Assembly: GCA_963722075.1 (NCBI GenBank)
Contig: CAVRJM010000001.1
Coordinates: 416,001-480,000 of the forward strand
Direction: 5' to 3'
From: Candidatus Babeliales bacterium
GTDB lineage: Bacteria; Babelota; Babeliae; Babelales; JANWKD01
DNA: 64,000 nt
Of this stretch, positions 57,154-64,000 are shown one piece after another. Positions within the stretch are counted from its first letter, which is position 1; every line of letters starts with the position of its first letter. Made by a program: the position numbers and the translations under genes. A model generated the notes under the pieces. That model saw only the letters and a list, made by a program, of their open reading frames with translations, did no database searches and was not told the DNA's origin.

Positions 57154-60093
57154 ATGAATTTTCACGTATATCGTCCCTATATATATATTTTCCTGTATAT
57201 TTGTTCCACCTTAGCAATAGCAGAAAATCCTACTCAAGCAATTGACGAAGTTTTTATTGATGAGCAAGAATTTGAAAATTTGTCACCCGCCAGCCCTCAT
57301 CTTCCGGTAACACCGCAACCACAAAGCCCCGCACAACCAATCGAGGATGTTACTCCTCAGGCCTCAACCATAAATCAAAAGCAGCTTGATGTGTTAGTGG
57401 TAACATTAGAAAATAACTTTAAACAATTAGATGTTATCTTAGAACAAATCGCCTTAGTAATTAATAATAATCAAATACGAAAATTATCTACAAAAGATGT
57501 AATTTTAGATGAAATTATTAAAATTCGCTCTTTAGTAGGTATGATCATACAAAATATTGCTTCTATTAATACCCCAGATAAAGCAACTCAACTGATTGAA
57601 ATTGCTCAAAAATTAACAAGCCATGTACAATATCTTTTAACCACGAATCTTGTTAATTTTAAGCCTTTTGACTTTGAAAAAGCCTTTGCACCAACTACAC
57701 GGGTATCTTTACCAACAACCTATGGTTTTGAACAATTAGAAAAAATGGCACTGCAAAATACGCTTACCCTTGGTACCTTGAAGGCGCATTCAGAAAATGT
57801 TGGGCTCAATAGCTTTCATATTTTTTATCGAAAACTAGAAAAACTCAACCAAGAATATAAGATTCTTCATAAATTAACCATTGCAGCTGGGGTGGGATTG
57901 GCGTTGCTCTGGTTTGATTTCTTATGTGATCGCGCGTTTTCAGTAAAATTACAAGAATGGTGGAATAAATTATTTAATATACAACCGGAACCTTCTCATA
58001 CAGTATTGAATCCCTCCTTATTAACTACTTCCCCACCACAAAATTCAAGCACCATTACTCAATTAATTACCTCTAATCAAGTAACTCCCGCAGTTACTAA
58101 TAATAAACCCACTGTTGCATCAGTTAAACCATCGAGCCCTTCTGAGACTAGCAATATGCCAACAGATGTTACTGATTTTCAAAAAGGAGTAGATTTTGGA
58201 AAAGGTGTAGTACAGGGAAAATGGCTTGCACAGCAAGAGCTTCGTGAGAAAATGTTACAGCAACAACAAACTGCTACATCTAAAAGCATGTGGGGCAATT
58301 GGATTTTATCATTAAAAAATTTCCTTGGTAATAGAGTTCCTGATACACGCGCTGGTATCGAGGCTATCCCACCTGAGCAACGTGGTATGGTAACTTATAC
58401 ACAAAACTTCTTTGAACGTCATTTAAAATTATTTACGTTCGCCTTCACCCCCATTGCCCTTTTTGATCTGTTTAAACCTACCCTTAAAGAATGGGGAACC
58501 GGTAGCTATAATTGGTTAATGGCCAAAGTGGAGCATGTTACCGCCTTTTTACGGGGTGGACCGGTACGGCGTCAGATGGATATTTGGGCAGAAAAAGAGA
58601 TTACGATTACCTTTGATGATGTTATTGGCAATGAACATGCCAAAAAAATATTAATGCGTATTGTTGATTATATTATCGATTATGAAAACCGCGATCGCCA
58701 AGGAATTATACCAGAAACAGGCATTCTATTAGTAGGACCGCCACGTACTGGTAAAACATACTTAGCGCAAGCATTAGCGGGCACCATCAAAAAAGGCTTG
58801 ATTGAAAGTGGTAATTTTGAAACAATGCGTTACTTAGAACTTACTACCGCAGAACTAAAACAACATGGTATTAGCAATATTCTTTTAGGCGCTAAGACTT
58901 TTGCCCCTATTATTATCTTTATCGATGAAATTGATAGCGGTGGATTCCAACGTGAACGTGATGCTGCTGCATTGGGTGAACTGCAAGTGGCTATGAGTAC
59001 CCTTAATAGAGATAAATCTAAAAAAGTAATCATTTTAGCAGCTACCAATAAACCTGAAAATCTTGATTATTCACTTCTTGAACCAGGACGATTTGGTAAA
59101 CAAATTGACTTCACTAAGCCAACGTTCACCGAACGCAAAGAATATCTCACCCGTGAATTATCAAAACGCTCAGCACTTATCGATGAACAATATATTGATA
59201 AACTTGCCCACCAAAGTGAAGATTCCACCTATGACGCATTGCATGAGGTTATTGTAACGGCATTACAAAAAGCTAAATCACGAGGATCAGTACTCACCTG
59301 GAACGATTTAGACGAAGCATTTGATGAAGATGTTAATAAAATTATCTTAGATGACCATATGTTACCGCCAGCAGAACAATATACTATTGCAGCCCATCAA
59401 GCTGGACATGCTTATATGCGTATTTTAAGTAATGCGCGGCTACAATTAACCAAAGTTACGATCAAGCCAACCTCTGCTAAAGTTAATGAACAAGCAGTAA
59501 TTGCTAAATATTTTGACAATAATAATAAGAAAAAAGATCAAAAAGAAACCAAAACAATTGAATATGGTAAAGTATTTACTGCTCATGATACCGGCGCACT
59601 TAAATTTGAAAATGCGCAGGATTTACGCCATGAATTACTCATCAGCTTAGCAGGTCACGTGGCAGAAAAATTACTTTTTGATGCAACCGGATATAGTTAT
59701 CATAGTCATGATAATGAAGACGCATTAAATATTGCTAAGCATATTGTTTTTGAGGGCATTCCAGACAAAGAAATGCCAAAATCAATTCGTGAAGAATATC
59801 TGATGAAGGCATATGATTTGGTAAAAGAGTATCAACAAAAAGCAATAGAACTATTAACGCAGCACAAAGAAGAACTCATTGTTATTACCAATATGTTGTA
59901 TGAACAAAAAACATTACTGGCAACCGATATTATAGAGATATTGCAGCTTCTAAAAGAGGAAGACGGGCATCCTCAGGATGATACTGCTGATGAACAGGAT
60001 AGCTCAGAAGAAGTTGATGAAGAAGTAGTAGATGAGACTCCTTCTTTTACAGAAGCTGATAATGCGCTCATCCCTGATGTTGAATTTGCCTAA
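57154..60093 (+). CDS. FtsH-like AAA+ ATPase with degenerate M41 protease domain
   Basis: FDDVIG, GPPRTGKT, IFIDEID, AATNKP, PGRF; HQAGH in place of HEAGH; LAGHVAE. Confidence 0.85.
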   Translation: MNFHVYRPYIYIFLYICSTLAIAENPTQAIDEVFIDEQEFENLSPASPHLPVTPQPQSPAQPIEDVTPQASTINQKQLDVLVVTLENNFKQLDVILEQIALVINNNQIRKLSTKDVILDEIIKIRSLVGMIIQNIASINTPDKATQLIEIAQKLTSHVQYLLTTNLVNFKPFDFEKAFAPTTRVSLPTTYGFEQLEKMALQNTLTLGTLKAHSENVGLNSFHIFYRKLEKLNQEYKILHKLTIAAGVGLALLWFDFLCDRAFSVKLQEWWNKLFNIQPEPSHTVLNPSLLTTSPPQNSSTITQLITSNQVTPAVTNNKPTVASVKPSSPSETSNMPTDVTDFQKGVDFGKGVVQGKWLAQQELREKMLQQQQTATSKSMWGNWILSLKNFLGNRVPDTRAGIEAIPPEQRGMVTYTQNFFERHLKLFTFAFTPIALFDLFKPTLKEWGTGSYNWLMAKVEHVTAFLRGGPVRRQMDIWAEKEITITFDDVIGNEHAKKILMRIVDYIIDYENRDRQGIIPETGILLVGPPRTGKTYLAQALAGTIKKGLIESGNFETMRYLELTTAELKQHGISNILLGAKTFAPIIIFIDEIDSGGFQRERDAAALGELQVAMSTLNRDKSKKVIILAATNKPENLDYSLLEPGRFGKQIDFTKPTFTERKEYLTRELSKRSALIDEQYIDKLAHQSEDSTYDALHEVIVTALQKAKSRGSVLTWNDLDEAFDEDVNKIILDDHMLPPAEQYTIAAHQAGHAYMRILSNARLQLTKVTIKPTSAKVNEQAVIAKYFDNNNKKKDQKETKTIEYGKVFTAHDTGALKFENAQDLRHELLISLAGHVAEKLLFDATGYSYHSHDNEDALNIAKHIVFEGIPDKEMPKSIREEYLMKAYDLVKEYQQKAIELLTQHKEELIVITNMLYEQKTLLATDIIEILQLLKEEDGHPQDDTADEQDSSEEVDEEVVDETPSFTEADNALIPDVEFA

Positions 60094-60105
60094 GGATGTT
60101 ATTAA

Positions 60106-60240
60106 TTAATGGATTCCCACGCAAGCTCGGAATGACAAAAAGAACGATGAATGTCATCCTGAACGAAGTGTAAGGATCCAGTGAATAAATCCAATAACAT
60201 TTAACAAAATCTGGATTGCTTCGACAAGCTCGCAACGACA
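60106..60240. repeat. Palindromic repeat cluster H (three uninterrupted units)
   Basis: TGGATTCCCACGCAAGCTCGGAATGACA; GTCATCCTGAACGAAGTGTAAGGATCCAG; CTGGATTGCTTCGACAAGCTCGCAACGAC. Confidence 0.88.
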
Positions 60241-60306
60241 GCTATTTTAAATTACGTATATCTTGATGATTTGAGTATATTATTGCTTCATAAAAATCAA
60301 TAGAAC

Positions 60307-60768
60307 CTAATCTACTGTAATCGCATCAATCATAGCAATTCGTTTCTCATAACGATCATGTTTAAATGATGCATGTAACCACGCGGTTACCATGCTTGTT
60401 AATTGATCGTATTCAATAAAATCTGCCGGAATTACTAATATATTGCTATTATCATCTTCCTTAGAAAGCCGAGCAATCTCTGTATTCCAGGCAACTGCTG
60501 CGTAAATGCCAGTAAACCGATTTGCTGCTATTGCCATGCCAACGCCCGTACCACATAATAAAATGCCACATTGCGCATCACTATTTAACATTTTCTGGCA
60601 TACGGCAATAGAAAATTCCGGATAATCAGAGCGCTCATTAGTATAAGCACCCACATCGATCCATGCAATCGCAAACAATTCAGAATTATATTGTTGCTTC
60701 AATTTCTCTTTTAATGAAAAACCCCGGTGATCAGCGCCAACGGCAATTATTATTTCTTTTTTTATCAT
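60307..60768 (-). CDS. rpiB: Ribose-5-phosphate isomerase B
   Basis: GADHRG, DYP, LCGTGVGMAIAANR. Confidence 0.92.
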   Translation of the reverse strand: MIKKEIIIAVGADHRGFSLKEKLKQQYNSELFAIAWIDVGAYTNERSDYPEFSIAVCQKMLNSDAQCGILLCGTGVGMAIAANRFTGIYAAVAWNTEIARLSKEDDNSNILVIPADFIEYDQLTSMVTAWLHASFKHDRYEKRIAMIDAITVD

Positions 60769-60775
60769 ATTGTTA

Positions 60776-61477
60776 TTATATGTTCGTTTTTAAATCGTAC
60801 GCTAGAATATCTTCCTGCAGCGGATGCGTATCAATAACGTGTAACGCCATATCCAATGGCCAACATATAGCTGTTTCATAGCCAACCCGCCGTAGTACCA
60901 ATTCTATAGTGCTCACGCCAGGGTATAAAATTGCATTATCATATTCATCATGTGCATTAAATTGAATAAGGTACTGCTTTTTAAAAACCGTTAGATATTT
61001 GCCAAAAAAATAACGAAATTCATGTGGCAATTCAACTAGCTTAATTTTAGCGGGCGCATAATAGTTATTACCAATTTTTAGCTGCACAATCCATTGGGGG
61101 TTTTCATCAGTTAATAAAGCACCTACATTTCCGTTGATTACTGCTAACATATAAAATGAAATATACGGTGCAAACTCATCATATTGATCCTGTAAAAATT
61201 CGTCATATTGGTTAGCATTCAAGCCATATTTAGAACCATACGAGCAGGCATATGCTTGTAATACCTGTTTATTAATCCATAATGCATCAAATAATCCAAG
61301 CGTAGTAAATTGATCGTAGGCACGCGCTGAACGAATATAGGGTTGAACAATAGAAAAACAGGTCTCGATTTTAGTTCCTTGGCATACGATGCTTTGTCCC
61401 CAATAAATATAGCGATAACAGCCAGGAAACGGTATAAGGATGAGTAAAAAAAATAGATAATACAAGGATTGCTTCAT
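60776..61477 (-). CDS. Hypothetical lipoprotein
   Basis: Hydrophobic N-terminus ending FPGC; start after GAGG (ORF open from TTG at 61507). Confidence 0.65.
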   Translation of the reverse strand: MKQSLYYLFFLLILIPFPGCYRYIYWGQSIVCQGTKIETCFSIVQPYIRSARAYDQFTTLGLFDALWINKQVLQAYACSYGSKYGLNANQYDEFLQDQYDEFAPYISFYMLAVINGNVGALLTDENPQWIVQLKIGNNYYAPAKIKLVELPHEFRYFFGKYLTVFKKQYLIQFNAHDEYDNAILYPGVSTIELVLRRVGYETAICWPLDMALHVIDTHPLQEDILAYDLKTNI

Positions 61478-61563
61478 CAATGCCTCTTTATTTTTGTAAT
61501 CAAACAAAGGATACTAGTATCCTAAATAAAAGAAAACGATTTTACAAGGTCCAAAATAAATAA

Positions 61564-62793
61564 ATGAAAAGCATTAGTTTACTCTTATCATGGCGCTATT
61601 TACGCGCTCTACAGTATGAAAAAAATATCAGTACCATGGCAACAATATCATTTATAGGAATTATGGTGGGAACTATATGCCTTACCCTAGTCGCTTGTAT
61701 TATGCGTGGCTTTGAACGTGCTACGTATCAAACATTACAAGGATCACATGCAACATTCACTATGGAATCACATGGTAATCAATTAGCGTTTGAAGCCATA
61801 GAAAAAATTGTTCAAAAAGAATTTCCGCATCTTTACTGTAGTCCCAGTGATATACAATATATAATGGTACAAGATCATGCTGGTACCTTAAGTAATTTAG
61901 TAGCATTACGAGGCATTGATGCTGATAAAGAAGTGTATACGGCGCAATTAGAAAAAAAAATAATTGATTCTATAATTCCTGATCAAAAAACATTTCATGC
62001 AACACTTAATAAAAGCGTTCTCATTGGCCATCAGCTGGCACGCATACTTAATGTAACAAGTGGTGATACCATTCCCATTTTTTTTGTGCCCGATCATGAA
62101 CAAGACAATAAAAAAATTACGTTAGAGCAGCTTGAATTAACTATTGGTGGTATCTTTAAAACCGGCATAGAAGAATTTGATGCTAATCTTATTATTTGTT
62201 CGCTTGAACAATTACAATCTATTTTTCCCCAAAGCGGTATCACCGCCATACATTTCACCCCAAAACAAAGTTCCGATGAAAAAATAATCCAAGAACAATT
62301 AAAAAAAAGATTTCATCTGCCAGTATATTCATGGAAAGATCGTTATCCAGCATTGGTGGCTGCACTTACCCTAGAAAAATATGCCAGCATAATTGTGTTA
62401 ACATTGATTATTATTATTGCGAGCATGACTATTTTATCGTTATTATTTATGCACATATTTCAAAAGCGTAGCGATATTGCCATATTAAAAATCACCGGCG
62501 CTTCTACTCAACAAATACGGGCACTTTTTTTTAACATGGGAATTTTTATTACGCTTTCAGCGTTGGTTATAGGACTTATTATTGCCTTCTTACTGGGCGT
62601 AGCATTACAACATTATATTATCATAGAGCTTCCTGATGCCTATTTTGTAACTAATTTACCTATAGCATTAGAACCTTCAATTTTTGGTATGGTTTTTTTA
62701 ATTGTCTTATGTATTAGTATGTGCGCTACTTGGCTAGCAACGTGTGCTGCTCATACCATTAACATCGCTGATGTATTACGTTTTGAACGGTAA
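61564..62793 (+). CDS. LolC/LolE-type ABC permease
   Basis: SWRYL, IMRGF, LRGID, GIFKTG, ALTLEK, DIAILKITGA, YFVTNLP. Confidence 0.88.
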   Translation: MKSISLLLSWRYLRALQYEKNISTMATISFIGIMVGTICLTLVACIMRGFERATYQTLQGSHATFTMESHGNQLAFEAIEKIVQKEFPHLYCSPSDIQYIMVQDHAGTLSNLVALRGIDADKEVYTAQLEKKIIDSIIPDQKTFHATLNKSVLIGHQLARILNVTSGDTIPIFFVPDHEQDNKKITLEQLELTIGGIFKTGIEEFDANLIICSLEQLQSIFPQSGITAIHFTPKQSSDEKIIQEQLKKRFHLPVYSWKDRYPALVAALTLEKYASIIVLTLIIIIASMTILSLLFMHIFQKRSDIAILKITGASTQQIRALFFNMGIFITLSALVIGLIIAFLLGVALQHYIIIELPDAYFVTNLPIALEPSIFGMVFLIVLCISMCATWLATCAAHTINIADVLRFER

Positions 62794-62919
62794 TATTACT
62801 ATACGTGATAATTTTTAAAAAAAATCTATTAAAATAATCCTTGATAATTTACTTTCAATAACAAATTTTGTACTATCGGATGGACACAATTTTTAAACAC
62901 TTTTTCATAAAAGGAATGT

Positions 62920-63591
62920 ATGAAAAAAATACTTATATTTGCAGCGTTTGCTGTAGGTGCATTGAGTAATAATTCGGTGCATAGTATGGAAACGTTACAA
63001 AATAATACTATGGTAAAAGTAGTTGGTACAGGGTTAGGTGCTTGCGCATTACTTTATACAACGCATAAACTTTCAGAAAATAAAAGGGTTAAAGGCATAT
63101 GTAAAAGTTACGATGTTCACCCAAAAGCACTGAGCAATCTTATTAATTTATCAGGGGGCTTGCTCTGTGCTAGTTTATTTACGAATAAAGATACTTCCCA
63201 GGTTTTCCGCGAATTTGCCTGGAAAGCGCCCTTAATTGCATCTATTTTTGTTGCCACACACACAGCTCGTGCAAAAGAATTTTTAAGTTGGGCTTCATTT
63301 GATCTGGGAGAATATATTACCTGTTCTCGTCCTCATCCAAGCACGGTTGATCGTATGAGAAATGAAGAAATAAAAAAGATACAAGATGATACAAAGAAGA
63401 GTGAAGAAGAAAAAGCAGCTGAAATAGTTAAAGTAAATAAGAAAGCTGCTCAAATCAAAACGTGCACCTTTGGATGCGAGAGATGTCAATTAACAGGAGC
63501 AGTTACTATAGTTGGTCTTTGGAAATTTGCAACTCAAGGATGTCCGATACTTATAGATATTATAAAACAAAAACTTTTTTCCCATGCTTAA
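62920..63591 (+). CDS. Hypothetical secreted/membrane protein
   Basis: MKKILIF signal then SMETL; hydrophobic segments; CxxxCxxC near the C-terminus. Confidence 0.7.
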   Translation: MKKILIFAAFAVGALSNNSVHSMETLQNNTMVKVVGTGLGACALLYTTHKLSENKRVKGICKSYDVHPKALSNLINLSGGLLCASLFTNKDTSQVFREFAWKAPLIASIFVATHTARAKEFLSWASFDLGEYITCSRPHPSTVDRMRNEEIKKIQDDTKKSEEEKAAEIVKVNKKAAQIKTCTFGCERCQLTGAVTIVGLWKFATQGCPILIDIIKQKLFSHA

Positions 63592-63609
63592 AATAAAATT
63601 CTAATATAA

Positions 63610-63638
63610 AAGCAGTATGGTTTTATTACATACTGCTT
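63610..63638 (+). terminator. Possible terminator hairpin
   Basis: AAGCAGTATG/CATACTGCTT stem after the stop codon. Confidence 0.55.
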
Positions 63639-63648
63639 AATATTTCAT

Positions 63649-64000
63649 ATGGTTACCATAGAGCAAAAACTCTTCAAACTTCCATCTTTTCACCTCACTA
63701 ATAAACGCGTTTTATTACGCGTTGATCTTAATGTTCCCATTCATAATGGAAACATTATGGATGATTTTCGCTTACACGCCATTCTTCCTACGCTTAATTA
63801 TTTAATTGAACATCAGGCTATTATTATTTTGGCAACGCATATCGGTCGCCCACAAGGCAAAAAAATTCCCGCACTTTCTACCCAGCATTTAGTGCCATGG
63901 TTTAAAAAACATGGCTACGAGGTTATTTTTGAACCGAATCTCACAACAGCAATTAACACCAATTATCCTTCATCATCAATTATTTTGCTTGAGAATATGC
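63649..64000 (+). CDS. pgk: Phosphoglycerate kinase, N-terminal part (runs off window)
   Basis: KRVLLRVDLNVP, DDFRL, ATHIGRP, LLENM read directly from the sequence. Confidence 0.92.
   Translation, partial: MVTIEQKLFKLPSFHLTNKRVLLRVDLNVPIHNGNIMDDFRLHAILPTLNYLIEHQAIIILATHIGRPQGKKIPALSTQHLVPWFKKHGYEVIFEPNLTTAINTNYPSSSIILLENM

Noticed and set aside
282..63489. Short antisense or overlapping ORFs in the six-frame track
   Set aside because: They lie within well-supported genes and show no recognisable motifs.

Overview
AT-rich bacterial chromosome segment of about 52 genes. It mixes housekeeping genes (rny, ymdB, proS, a Xer recombinase, dnaN, recF, ruvC, dnaB, rplI, ileS, murD, ftsW, pepA, rpiB, pgk), split NHEJ genes (Ku; stand-alone LigD POL and PE domains), a minor-pilin cluster and many orphan proteins with signal peptides. 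This style suggests an intracellular parasite of protists such as Babeliae/Dependentiae (TM6); that assignment is inference only. A 28-bp dif-like site at 21515-21542, with gene orientation converging on it, indicates the replication terminus, with dnaN-recF unusually close by. The most striking unexplained structure is a two-tier repeat system. Eight clusters of ~30-40-nt RPE/REP-like palindromes are invaded by a second ~30-nt hairpin element that I saw only inside them, nested up to three deep, with no target duplication at the cleanest site; two clusters lie in-frame within ORFs. Also notable: a portable 19-residue Leu-helix module on three unrelated secreted proteins, candidate effectors (DOT1-like, macrodomain, J-like, a 1934-aa repeat protein), two apparently exported thioredoxin reductases, a candidate sRNA and a HAD gene with one internal stop. 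I recognised no rRNA, tRNA, CRISPR array or transposase.
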